Positions 36,133 through 49,400 of a stretch of DNA of 64,000 nucleotides are shown here, piece by piece. The stretch is from Squalus acanthias (Eukaryota). The translations under genes were made by a program, and so were the position numbers. Positions within the stretch are counted from its first letter, which is position 1. Each line of letters starts with the position of its first letter. The DNA lies in assembly GCA_030390025.1 (NCBI GenBank), contig CM059431.1, positions 147,004,001 through 147,068,000 on the forward strand, written 5' to 3'. The notes under the pieces are model-generated. The model was not told the DNA's origin and searched no databases. It saw only the letters and a program-made list of their open reading frames with translations.

Positions 36133-37543
36133 GAGTAACTGTGAGAGAATCTATCAGAATTCACAGAATATAAACACAGAGAAAATGCATTCAAATCTTT
36201 CCCTACATCAAAGACACACTAAGAGCACAGCCAAGACAATGAGATGTGTCCCAGGGGATCCAACGTGTCAAAACACCTGCTGGCTGCATATCCTCTCCAG
36301 TTGGCTTTGTTTCTTGTGTTTGTTTTTTTAAAAAAAGCTGGAAAGACCGGCAACGATGTCAAGTCACGTTCTGTATCATGACATGAACCCGATATCCCGA
36401 TTAAGGCCATCCTCATGAGTGCGGAACTTGGCTATCAGTTTCTGCTCGATGATTTTGCGTTGTCGTGTATCCCGAAGGCCGCCTTGGAGAACGCTAACCC
36501 GCAGATCCGAGGCTGAATGCCCCTGACTGCTGAAGTGTTCCCCGGCTGGGAGGCAACCCTCCTGCCTGGCGATTGTTGCACGGTGTCCTTTCATACGTTG
36601 TCTCAGTGTCTGCATGGTCTCGCCGATGTACCATGCTCTGGGGCATCCTTTACTGCAACGTATCAGGAAGACAACGTTGGCCGAGTCACATGAGAATGTA
36701 CCATGTACCTGGTGGGTAGTGTCCCCACGTGTGATGATGGTATCTGTGTCCATGATCTGGCATGTCTTGCAGAGGTTGCCATGGCAGGGTTGTGTGGTGT
36801 CGTGGTCGCTGTTCTCCTGAAAGATGGGTAATTTGCTGCAAACGATGGTACTTTTGAGGTTAGGCGGCTGCTTGAAGGCGAGTACTGGAGGCGTGGGGAT
36901 GGCCTTAGCAAGGTGTTCGCCGTCATCGATGACATGTTGAGGGCTGCAAAGAACATGGAACATGGCGTAGTTTCTCCGCTCCGGGGAAGTACTGGCCGAC
37001 GTTGTCTACCTGATACGTTGCAGTAAAGGATGCCCCAGAGCATGGTACATCGGCGAGACCATGCAGACACTGAGACAACGTATGAACGGACACCGCGCAA
37101 CAATCGCCAGGCAGGAGGGTTGCCTCCCAGTCGGGGAACACTTCAGCAGTCAGGGGCATTCAGCCTCGGATCTGCGAGTTAGCGTTCTCCAAGGCGGCCT
37201 TCGGGATTCACGACAACGAAAAATCATCGAGCAGAAACTGATAGCCAAGTTTCGAACTCATGAGGATGGCCTCAATCGGGATATTGGGTTCATGTCACGA
37301 TACAGAACGTGATTTGACATCGTTGCCGGTCTTTCCAGCTTTAAAAAAAAAAACAAACACAAGAAACAAACCCAACTGGAGAGGATATGCAGCCAGCAGG
37401 TGTTTTGACACGTTGGACCCCCTGGGACACATCTCATTGTCTTGGCTGTGCTCGTAGTGTGTCTTTGATGTAGGGAAAGATTTGAATGCATTTTCTCTGT
37501 GTTTATATTCTGTGAATTCTGATAGATTCTCTCACAGTTACTC

Positions 37544-37580
37544 TACCTGAGGAAGGGGCGACAGCTCCGAAAGCTTGTAA
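37544..37580 (+). ncRNA. Minimal type-I hammerhead ribozyme motif (Penelope right arm)
   Basis: tac-CTGAGGA-a-ggggc(gaca)gctcc-GAAA-GCTT-gta: CUGAnGA and GAAA cores, 5-bp helix II, palindromic AGCT helix III, and helix I tac/gta. Confidence 0.78.
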
Positions 37581-37804
37581 TTTTAAATAAATCTGTTGGA
37601 CTATAACCTGGTGTTGTGCGACTTCTCGTTTTTGTCCACCCCAGTCCAACGCCGGCATCTCCACATCATGTTTTCCACTGAAGTCACGTTTATTCTACTT
37701 CTAATTAACAGTTGGCGTATTCTTCTAAATTCGCCTGCTCTGTATTTGGAATTAAAGAGTTACTGTATTATCGGGAATTCCCCTTTGTTCCCTATTTTCC
37801 GTTG

Positions 37805-39346
37805 TGTCCTCTCCGTGCTCATTTTGTCCACGAAAATGCTCTCCCGACCCTATTCCCACTAAACTGCTGATCACCCAGCTTCCCTTTCTAGCCCTCATGT
37901 CAGCTGATATTATGAACTGTTCCCTCAGCTCTGGCACTGTCCGCTCCCTTTCAAATCTGCCGTCATCGCCTCTCCTAACAAATCCACATTTGACCCCTCT
38001 GTCTTTGCAAACTACCGCCCCATCTCCAACCTTCTATTCCTCTCTTTGACCATATAGTCGTCTCCCAGATCTTTCTCACAACTCCATGTTTGAATTTTTA
38101 CTGTCAAGTTTATGCCCTTGTCACTGCACTGAAACCGCCCTTATTGAAGTCAAACGTGATATTCTTATGGGTCTGTCAATATGGTGCATTTTGCGTTCTC
38201 GGTCTTCACGGTTGACGACACCATCCTCCTTTAACGCCACTCCTACATTTTCCAGCTGAGTGAACTGCCTTTATCTGGTTCCACTCCTCCCTATGTAGTC
38301 ACAGCCAGAGAATATCCTGCAATTTGTTATATTCGAGCTTTCACACCGTTACCTCTGGTGTCCACGAAGTTTATATTATTTCGCCTGTCTATCTATATTC
38401 TGCCCCTTAGCGTCATCATCCATATATACATTGACGACGCATCTCTCTAACTTAGTAACAGCTCTCTCCACACCTCCACTGATTCTGTGATATCAAAGTA
38501 TTGACTGACATGCAGTCCTGGATGAGTCAACATTTACTTTAATAAAAGAGTGGGCAGGCTCATTCCATTGTCTTTGGTCCCAGCGACAAACTCCGTCCTC
38601 TCGCCACCGGCTATATCTCCCGCCCTGGCCAATGTCTCAGGCTGAAACAGACTGTTCACATTCTCGGCCTCCCAATTGACCCTGAGTTGACCTTCTGTCC
38701 CCAGATCGTCTCCATCACAAAGACCGTGTAACCGCACGCAGCTCCGCCCCTTCTGCCGCTAAACCCCTCCAGGCTTTGCCGCCTCCAGAATTGGTTTATC
38801 CAAAGCTATCCTGTCCCGACTCCCATCTTCCACTCTCCATAAACTGTGAAGTTCACCCGAAACTCTGCTGCCCAGAACCGAACTCGCACCAAGGTCCATT
38901 CACACATCACCCTCTGTTCAGTGAACTACATCGGATCCTGTTCCAGCAACGGCTCGTTTTTAAAATTCTCATTCTCTTGTTCAAATCCCCCCATGGCCCC
39001 GCCGCTCCCTATCTGTGAAACCTCCTCCAGCCCAAGTATCCTCCTAGAACTGTGCATTGCTCATTCTCTGGCCTCTTTTGTATCCTCCACTTACTTCTCC
39101 CCATCACTGGAGGAGGTGCCTTTAGCTGTCTGGGTCCTAAACTCTGGAATCCACTCCCTAAGCCTCTCCATTTCTCTCCTTTAAAACTGTCCTTTGAACC
39201 TACCTCTGATCACGCTTTTGGTCACCTGTCCTTATGGCTCCTTCTTTCGTTCGCTATCATATTTTGTCTGATTACGCTCACTTAACATGCCTTGGGGTAT
39301 TTTAATAAGTTAAATGCGCTACACAAGTGAACGTTGTTGTTGTTGT
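37805..39346 (+). mobile_element. Degraded L2-clade LINE, 3' part
   Basis: CSPDPIPTKLL...NCSLSSG, NYRPISNL, LHRILFQQRLVFKIL, and a (TTG)n tail. Confidence 0.85.
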
Positions 39347-41009
39347 AATGAACAGTCCATCCTGGTCAGTCCCGTCACCCACACATATCTTGATTGTTCG
39401 GTCCATTTACAATGATCAGTGGGTTTCGGCAGTGGTGATGATTATCTTGTTATAACAAGTCCATCCTGGCCAATCCCGTCACTCACATGTATCTAGGTGG
39501 TTCGGTACATTTACAATGATCCGTGGAGTTGGGTTGTACTGATTCAATCAGTGGGACTGAACCGCTGATCCTCGCAATCTTCTGGTTCAACACAGGAAAG
39601 GAATCTGACCCCGATTCACAATGCGTTCATCTGCAATCAGCACTGGGGCAGAGAGTGTCACAGTTTAGCCACTGTTCTCATCTCATGGGCCCTCAATTGC
39701 TCCCTACAGACTTCACCATGTCAAGCTGGACTCTATCTGCCCTGCACAGACGATGGAAAGTATTGGCTCCGAAAGGGGTTGCTGTAATGGTAAAAACGAG
39801 AGGGAGGAATGTGACGCCTCACTTTAATATCCCACTGTCCAGATTATCCACTAGCTGATGGAGAATAAACCCGTGATTGATCACCGAAGCAACGTTATCC
39901 CTGACCATAAATGGTAGCGTGATGGGAAGGATCCAGATGTGGAGAACACTCCACCCTTTGGATGCTGCCAGCTCCACCTTGCGGTGTTATGCTGAATATC
40001 CGACTGTTCCATATAAAGAGCGCATGCGCTTCACGTGCAAGAGGGAAAGAATGAGTTTACACGAAAACCCCGGCTGGTCGGTAGAAAACCGAGAGCCTCC
40101 GTTTATTGGTCAATCACAAGTAGTGATGAAACGTGCACAATTCAGTCACTAGAACCCAGTCCACTGACACTGGATCCATAACACTCAGAGCAATGCACCG
40201 TGAGGTCTCCGGCAATCCAAACAATAACATTAAATGAGCATTGAGTGGGCGGCCGTCGGGCTGGGAGGTTGTGGTAAGTGGACCAAAGAAAGGCTCTCAA
40301 CTACCAATCTTACAATCCAATGGCTACTGAAAGGCAGGCGATGATCAGTGACCTGCCCGGAGCAGCCAGGGTAACATGAGTCAGTGACCCATGTAACAGT
40401 GCGCTATAATAACCATGTTCAACCTTTGCCAATTCCCAGGCCTCATTTGCTTGATCACCAGATAATTGGATAGCAATGTGCAGGAGGTTCCTCAATACCC
40501 TTCAGATCACCCCAACCTTCCCCGAGAGGCCTTCCTTCAATAAGACCGACATGTCTGAAATAAGTGGATGACTCACATGACGCATATTATCTGCTTTCTG
40601 CCTTTGTTATCACCCACATTAAGAACCGCTTTCTGGGCCATGGATAAAGCCAAACGGAGCGGTTAAACTCTCTGCACTTTATTCTGAAAGGAGAAAAAAC
40701 CTAACACCAAAAATAAGGAAGTGCCGCCTCAGCCCCACAAGTAACATGCTGGACAGCATCAGTCAATCAGCTCACAGCCGCCTATTGGAAAAGGCCCAAT
40801 GAGGAGACGGGAGAGTCCGAGATAAAAGGGACTATAATTGTAGGAATCGGCAGGGGCACCGGGGGTAATCAAAAGAGGAAATCACACAGAATGGTTTCCT
40901 TTCATTTTTGCACTATTTGGATAAGGGAAGATAATTTGGGTAATGTGGGTTGTCCCGGCGAGTTAGACGTGTTACAAAACATATAGAGAGTGACTGGAAA
41001 ACTTTCAGC

Positions 41010-41490
41010 AAATATTTACAAGATTTATATCAGAACTGAGAGGTTATAACTATCAGGAAAAATTGAACAGGCTGGGACATTTTTCTCAAGAAAAGAGAAG
41101 GCTGATGGGTGACCTGATAGAGGGCTTTAAACTTATGAAGGGCTTTGATAGGGGAGATGTAGAGAAGATATTTCCACTTGCTGGAGTATCCTAAACTAGG
41201 GAACACTAATAATATTCCCTAATAAATCCAACAGGGAATTCAGGAGAAACGTATTTAAACAGATAGTTGCGAGCACGTGGAACCCGCTACAATATGCAGT
41301 AATTGTGGCAAATAGCTTAGATGCATTTAAGGGGAAGCTCGATAAGCACATGAGGGAGAAAGGGAAAAAATGATATGCTGATAGGTTTACATGAAGTAGG
41401 GTGGTAGGAGTCAATTGTGTGGAGCATAAACAGCGGCCTGGATCAGTGGGACCGAATGACCGATTTCTGTGCTGTAGATTCTATGTAATT
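41010..41490 (+). mobile_element. CR1 LINE 3' fragment
   Basis: gaaaagagaaggctgatgggtgacctgatagag (ORF2 C-terminal RRLxGDLIE), followed by a 3' UTR and ttctatgt tail. Confidence 0.8.
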
Positions 41491-42089
41491 GTTTGATAAA
41501 AGAGATTTCGGTTGTTTTCCGCTGGAAGCCTCAGTAGTTGTGGAGGAGCGCTCCGTGATAACGGGACAGGTTTAATTTTCAGATGTCTCTGAGCTTAGTT
41601 CTGTTCCGATGCCGCCTCTGACCTGCAGTCACAGATATCTGACAGCGGGCACTGGGCTCTCTTGGGCGACTTCTTCCTGAAGTAAGTCTCCAGCTGCCTG
41701 CTTGCCCTGCTGCTCCTCATCATTTCCCTCTTCCTGCTCTACATAGACTCAGCTACAGGGGAAGTTTCAAGAAATCACTCAGCGCCGGTGGTGATGGAGA
41801 AACCGTTCATGAGCTGGAGATAGTAAAAGGCCAAAAACATGGACTCTTCAGAAAGAAAGTTTCCCCACGTGCACAATCCTAATAAAGTGGTTCCAATTGG
41901 AATCGCTCCTGACAACCGCCAACACGCAGCATCTCTTTGGTGGGAGTTTGTGAATCGGAATACGGACGGTAGAGGGGGAAAGTCCAATATTATTTATCTC
42001 CCATTTTCATCCAGTGAGCAGAGCGGGTGCTGGAAATGTTGGATAGTCAGAAAATCAGCGGCAGACATTTCCACCGCATGTTCTGCATC

Positions 42090-42635
42090 GGTCACCTCTT
42101 GTGTAAGTGTCGTGTTTCACCAGTATCGGAGGAGCGCGGTCACACATAGTGGAAGTGCAGTGGTTGCACCAATACCGGAGGAGTTCGCTCATCTCCAGTG
42201 TAAGTGTAGGGGTACCACCAGTACCGGAGGAGTTCGGTCACCTCCAGTGTAAGTGTAGGGTACCACCAGTACCGGAGGAGCTCGGTCACCTCCAGTGTAA
42301 GTGTAGGGTACCACCAGTACCGGAGGAACTCGGTCACCTCCAGTGTAAGTGTAGCGTACCACCAGTAACGGAGGAGCTCGGTCACTTCCCGTGTAATTGT
42401 AGCGGTACCACCATAACCGGAGGAGATCGGTCACTTCCAGTGTAAGTGTAGGGTACCACCAGTATCGGAGGAGCACGGTTACCTCCAGTGTAAGTGTAGG
42501 GTGCCACCAGTAATGGAGGAGCTCGGTCACCTCCAGTGTAAGTGTAGGGTACCACCAGTAACGGAGGAGCTCGGTCACTTCCAGTGTAAGTGTAGGGTAC
42601 CACCAATACCGGAGGAGCTCGGTCACCTTTAATGT
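42090..42635. repeat. 48/49-bp satellite (GTAAGTGTAGGGTACCACCAGTACCGGAGGAGCTCGGTCACCTCCAGT), left part
   Basis: Direct tandem copies; 16-aa periodic ORFs. Confidence 0.93.
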
Positions 42636-42845
42636 AGGGAGAGAGATGGAGTCGGTGGCTACGGAACGGGAATCGTGGCGGGTACCGAACACAATGGCTT
42701 CTGTCTTCCCAAAACTTAGTTGGAGGAGAGTTCTGCTCATCCAGTGCTGGATGTAGGACAAGCAGTGCGACAATTTAGAGACAGTGGAGCTGTCGCGAGA
42801 AGTGGTGGTGAGGTACAGCTGGGTGACGTCAGCGTACATGTTCCC
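42636..42845 (-). mobile_element. L2 LINE RT fragment (inverted)
   Basis: MYADVTQLYL...WMSRTLLQLSFGKTEAIVFG. Confidence 0.85.
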
Positions 42846-42849
42846 CATC

Positions 42850-43809
42850 GGAAATCACATCATCAGTTTCCACATATGCACCTCTCCCGACCCCTCCACC
42901 TTCTCTAAACTGTCACATTGCTTGTCCGACATCCATTACTGGATGAGCAGAACGTTCTTCAAACTAAATGTATGGAAGACCAAATTAATGTTCTTAGTTC
43001 GCCACCACGAGGACCGTTCCCTACCAAAGGACTCCATTCCTCATTCTGGCAAATGTCTGAGGCTGATCCAGGCAGTTTGCAACCTTGTGACATATTTGAC
43101 TTCGATTTGAGCTTCTAACCACATAACCACATCATCACTAAAACCGCTTATTGCCACCTCTGGAACATCCCCCGACCATGACCCTGTCTCAGCTCATCTC
43201 CGGCTGAAACCCTCATCCAAGCTCTTCTTACCTCTAGACTTGTCTATTCCAACGCACTCCTGGCCGGTCTCCCACGTTCAACTTGCCTTAACTTGAGGTC
43301 ATCCAAGACGCTGCTCACCGTCTCCTAACTCGAACTAAGCCCCGTTCACACATTATCCCTGTGCTCGCTGACCAACATTGGCTCCCAGTTAATAAACGCA
43401 TTGATTTTAAAATTCTCATCCTTGTTCTCAATTCGGTGCAACGCCTCGCCCCTCCTTATCTCTGTAATCTCCTCAAGCCCCACAACCCCCGAGATATCTC
43501 TGCTTCTCCAATTCCAGCCTCCTGAGCTTCGCTGATTTCAATCTCTCAAACATTGGCGGCCGTGCCTTCAGCTGCTAAGGCCCTAAGCTCTGAAATTCCA
43601 GCCATAAACCTCGCCGCCTCCCTACTTCTCTTTCGTCCTTTAAGACGCTCGTTAAAACCTGCCTCTTTGATCAAGATTTTGGTTATCTGAACTAATATCT
43701 CCCTGTATTGCTTGGTGTCAATTCTTGTTTGATAACACTCCTGTGAAGCGCGTTGGGAAGTTTTAATAGTTTAAAGGCACCATAAAAAAATCAAGTGTTT
43801 GTTGTTGTT
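42850..43809 (+). mobile_element. L2 LINE 3' fragment
   Basis: SKLSHCLSDIHYWMSRTFFKLNVWKT, SRLxYSNALLAG region, and a (TTG)n tail; homologous to 38440-39346. Confidence 0.87.
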
Positions 43810-45955
43810 AAGTGTAAGGCTACCACTAGTACCGTAGATTCACCATCATCGCTGGTGTAAGTGTAGCGGACCACGTGTACAGGACGAGCTCGTTAACCAC
43901 TCGTGTAAGTGCAGGGGTAACATCGTACTGGAGGAGCAGGTACACTTCTGGTGTATGTGTAAGGTACCACAGGTACTGAAGGAGCACGGTCACTACTAGT
44001 GTAAATGTAGGAATATCACTAGTACCGAGGAGCACTGTTATATCTAGTTTAATTATCCGGGTATCACTAATACAAGAATAACATGCTGACACCTAGTTTA
44101 AGTGTAATGGTACTACTTGTACCGGAGGAGGCTGGTTACCTCTCGTTTAAGTTTACTGGTACCACTAATGTAGAGGAGCACGCTCACCTCTAGTGTTAGT
44201 GTAGGGGTAACACTAGTGTAGGAGGAGCACGGTCACCTCTAGTTTAAGTGTAGGGGTACCACTAGTGTCGTAGGAGCACGGTCAACACTACTGTTAGTGT
44301 AGGGGTACCACTGTTGTAGGATGTGCATGGTCCACACCAGTGTTAGTTTAGGTGTACCACTAGTGTAGAATGTGCATGGTCAACACTACTGTTAGTGTAG
44401 GGGTAACAATGTTGTAGGATGTGCATGGTCCACACCAGTGTTAGTGTAGGGGTACCACTAGTGTAGGATGTGCATGGTCAACACTAGTGTTAGTGTAGTG
44501 GTACCACTATTGTAGGATGTGCATGGTCAACACTAGTGTTAGTGTAGGGGTACCACTAGTGTAGGATGTGCATGGTCAACACTAGTGTTAGTATAGGGGT
44601 ACCACTAGTTTAGGAGGTGCATGGTCCACACTAGTGTTAGTGTAGGGGTACAACTAGTGTAGGATGTGCATGGTCAACACTAGTGTTAGTATAGGGGTAC
44701 CACTAGTTTAGGAGATTCATGGTCCACACTAGTGTTAGTGTAGGGGTACAACGAGTGTAGGAGGAGCCCGGTCAACAGTAGTGCAATTTTATTGATACGA
44801 CTATTCCTGGAGCACCATGCACCAATTTAGTGCAAATGCAGGGTTACCTCCAGTATAAGTATAGTGTACAACTAGATGAGCACTGTCAGCTCTAGTGTCA
44901 GTGTAATGATACCACTAGTAAAGGAGAAGCACTGTCACTGTAAGTGTAAGTGTCAATAGTACAGGAGGTGAATGCTCATATCTAGCATAAATGTACGTAC
45001 AAGTACTAGAAGATCAATGTCCCATATAGTGTCAGTGTCGGTTACCTGAGGAGCAAGGTCACATATAGTGTCAGTGCCGGTTACCTGAGGAGCAAGGTAC
45101 ATTTTGAGTAGCACGTTCACATCAAGCGTATGTTTTGGGGACCACATGTACAGGATGAGCACGGTTACATCTTGTGTAAGTGTAGGGGAATGTCAAGTAC
45201 CGAAGGAGCACTGTCAATCCTAATGTAAATGTATGGAAACCACTGATGCCAGAGGAGCACGGCCACCTCTAGTATAATTTAAGTGATACCACCAGTATCA
45301 GAGGAGCACGGTCACCTTTAGTGCAAGTGTAGGGTACCCATAATACCGGTGATACACAGTCACATCTACAGTCAGTGTAGGGGTCCCACTAGTACCGGAG
45401 GACAGCGTTCACCATTGATGGACGTTTAGTGATACCACTTTTACCGGAGGCTCTTGCACAATCCTAGTGTAAGTGTAGGGGTAACACTGGGACAGGAGGG
45501 ACACGGTCACATCTAGTGTAAGTGTAGGGGTAACACTGGGACAGGAGGGGCACGGTCACATCTAGTGCCAGTGTAGGGGTAACGCTGGGACAGGAGGGGC
45601 ACGGTCACATCTAGTGTAAGTGTTGGGGTCCCACTGGGACAGGCGGGACACGGTCACATCTAGTGTCAGTGTAGTGGTAACACTGGGACGGGAGGGACAC
45701 AGTCACATCTAGTGTCAGCGTTGGGGTACCAATGTACAGGAGGATCACACGCACATCTAGTGTATGAGGTGGTTTCCACGAGTACCGGAGGTGCACTGTC
45801 AATAGCAGCACGTTCAACTCTATTAATGTACTAGTAACTGAGGAGCATGGACACATCTAGCGTAAGTGTACGGTGCCAGTAGTACAGGAGGAGAACTGTC
45901 ACCTCTCACCTAAATGTAGTGTATCACTAGTACGGGAGAAGCACTGTCACCTCAA
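43810..45955. repeat. 48/49-bp satellite, right part with locally homogenised variants
   Basis: Same unit. Sub-blocks at 44200-44770 (gtaggatgtgcatggtcaacactagt) and 45465-45720 (gggacaggagggg). Confidence 0.9.
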
Positions 45956-46401
45956 ATGCTGCCAGATTGAGTTCATCACCAATATTGCAGGATTTGTTTT
46001 GCCGCTAGTTCTGGAGGAGTTGGTGCACTAGGAATGAATAAATGGCAGGGTCATGACGAATATTGCCTGGGGAGCTGCATTCACCAGGTCTGTAGGACTA
46101 GGATCAGCACCAGTACTGGGCGATTTCACCTCCTACTCGAAAACAATGTTTTAATTGTGTATTTTTTAAAACTGTCCAATAACAATGTCACATATTTCTC
46201 TTAATCTGACGCATCAGAAAAAAAAAATAACTTACCTGTGTCTATTTGTTCAATGAATGTAACTAATGCTAATTATGATTTAAACTGATTGACTCGGTGG
46301 AGGATTGATCTGTGGATAACTATAGGTTCCCTTCCATTGCTTCAGACGTGCACCCGTCAGAGACTTTGATCTCCTGCAGAATTCATCCATTCTCACAGAA
46401 A

Positions 46402-49400
46402 ATGGGGCGACCAACTATTCTTCTGATCAAAGAGATTTACTACCCGATTCTCGCGGCCGTCGGTGGCGCCGGTGACCTATTGCAACCTGTTTGTTGTTAA
46501 TCGGTGTGAATTGTATTCATGTACATACAGCCTGTTTTGATAAGGTAACGAGTTTTCTAGATGCCAGCAGTAAACAAATCCGATAACCTCACTGATGTTA
46601 CAATGTTCTTTGAAGCTACAACAGAAGGATTTTAGCGGATTTCCGGATCGTCTTGTCACCCCCTGCAGAGTGAGCGCTGCAGCAGCTCATTAAAATGTGT
46701 GGGTGGGTTTAGAAACATAGAAACATAGAAGATAGTAGCAGGAGTAGGCCATTCGGCCCCTCGAGCCTGCTCAGCCATTCAATGAGATCATGGCTGATCA
46801 TCCAAATTCGGTAACCTGTCCCTGCCTTTTCCCCATATCCCTTGATCCCTTTAGCCTTAAGAAATATATCTAACTCCTTCTTTTAATGAATTGGCCTCCA
46901 GTGCCTTTAGTGGTAGAGAATTCCACAGGTTCACCACTCTCTGGGTGAGGAAATTCCTCCTCATCTCTGTACTAAATGGCTTACCCCTTATCCTTAGACT
47001 GTGACCCCTGGTGCTGGACTCCCCGACCAATGGGAACATCCTTCCTGCATCTAGTCTGTCTAGTCATGTCACAATTTTATAAGTTTCAATGAGATCCCCT
47101 CTCATTCTTCTAAACTCAAGCGAGTATAAGCCCAATCGACCAAATCTCTACTCATACGTCATTCCTGCCATCCCAGGCATCAGCCTGGTGAATCTTCGCT
47201 GCACTCCCTCCATGGCAAGAACATCCTTACTCAGATAAGGTGAACAAAAGTGCACACAATACTCAAGATGTGGTCTCACCAAGGCCCTGTACAACTGCAG
47301 CAAGACATCCTTGTTTCTGTATTCGAACCCTCTCGCTACGAAGGCCAACATACCATTTGCCTTCTTAACCGCCTGCTGCACCTGCATGCTTACCTTCAGC
47401 GACTGGTGCACAAGGACACCCAGGTGTCGTTGCACTTCCCCTTCTCCCAATCTATTGCCATTCAGATAATAATCTGCCTTCCCGCTTTTGATTCTAAAGT
47501 GGATAACTTCGCATTTATCCACATTATAATGCATCTGCCATGATTCTGCCCAATCACCCAACCTGTACAAATCATACTGGAGTTTTTTGGCATCCTCCTC
47601 ACAGCACACACGCCCACCCAGCTTTGTGTCGTCTGCAAACTTGGAGATATTAAATCTAGTTCCCTCGTCTAGATCATTAATATATACTGTGAATACCTGG
47701 GGTCCTAGGCCCGATCCCTGCCGTACCCCACTAGTCACTGCCTGCCACTCGGAAAAAGACCCGTTTATTCCAACACTTTGCCTTCTGTCTGCAAGCCAGT
47801 CCTCTATTCAAGTCAATACCTTGCCCCAAATCCCATGTGCTTTAAGTTTACAAGCTAATCTCTTATGCGGGACCTTATCGAAAGCCTTCTGAAATTCCAA
47901 TTACATCACATCCACTGGTTCTCCCTCATCTATTCTACCAGTTACATCCTCCAAAAATCCCAGTAGATTAGTCAAGCATGATTTACCTTTTGTAAATCCA
48001 TGTTGACTTTGTCCGATCCTGTCACTGTTTTCCAAGTGCTCTGCTATTACATCTTTTATAATGGATTCTAGCAATTTCCCCACTACCGATGTCAGGCTTA
48101 TCGGTCTATAATTCCCCGTTTTCTCTCTTCACCTTTTTTGAATAGTGGGGTAACATTAGCTACCCTCCAATCCATGGGTACTGTTTCAGAATCTATCGAA
48201 TTTTGGTACATGATCAGCAATGCATCTACTATTTCTAGGGCCACTTCCTTAAGTTCCCTAGGATGTAGATTATCAGGCCTTGGGGATTTATAGGCCTTCA
48301 ATCCCGACAATTTCGCTAACACCATTTCCTTACAAATACTGATTTCTTTCAGTTCCTCCCGCTCATTAGACCCTATGATCCCCGACCTCTCTGGGAGGTT
48401 ATTTATGTCCTCCTTTTTGAAGACAGAATCAAAGTATGTATTTAATTGGTCTGCCATGTCTTTGTTCCCCATTATAAATTCCCCTGATTCTGACTGCAAG
48501 GGACCTACGTTTGACTTCACCAATCCTTTTCTCTTCACATATCAATAAAAGCTTTTACAGTCAGTTTTTATGTTCCCTGCAAGTTTAGTCACATACTCTA
48601 TTTTCCCCCTCTTAATTAATCCCTTTGCCCTTCTTTGCTGAATCCTAAACTGCTCCCAATCATCAGGTTTACTGCTTTTTCTGGACAATTTATAAGCCCT
48701 CGCCATGGATCTTATGCTATTCCTAATTTCCCTTGTTAGCCACGGTTGAGTCACCTTTTTTGCTTTTTTTTTGCCAAACAGGGATCAACAAATTCTGTAG
48801 TTCATCCATGCGATCTTTGAATGTTTGCCATTGCCTATCCACCGTCAGCCCTTTGAGTAACATTCCCCAATCAATCCTACCCAACTCGCGCCTCATACCA
48901 TCGTAGTTTCCTTTATTTAAATTCAGGACCCAAGTCTCCGAGTCAACTACTTCACTCTCCATCTTAATGAAAAATGTTATCATATTCTGGTCGCTCCGAC
49001 CCAAGTGGCCTCGCAAAACAAGATTGCAAATTATTCCTTTCTCATTACATAATACCCAGGCAATGGATCCAATACTAATCCTTTCTCACACTGCTCCGTG
49101 TTGACAATCACAGTGACAGGAGTAAAATGCTCTCTACAGGTATCTCCATATATATTTCAATCAGAGTCGGAAACATTATTCCTCTCCTCTCTCTTTCTTT
49201 CAGCGAACTTGGTGACAATTGTGATTCTCCCTCCCGAGGAAACTGAGGCCTTTCCAAGTGTATCTCTGTCTACATGCTGGCCATGGCAACAGCTGATCTG
49301 CTAGTCATGATCATTAATTTAAAAATGTATCATATTTTCAGTTATCACTTTCCATTTTTATTCCTGTACCACACTCCCGTGTGTAAGTTCATTCTATACA

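Larger units (their letters stand above)
36044..37668. mobile_element. Penelope-like element: two 3' fragments in inverted, head-to-head arrangement
   Basis: GIY-YIG endonuclease (VVYLIRC...WYIGET...EQKLI...GLNRD) on both strands, junction at about 36994, TSD TGTTTTCCACT at 36033-36043 and 37669-37679. Confidence 0.93.
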
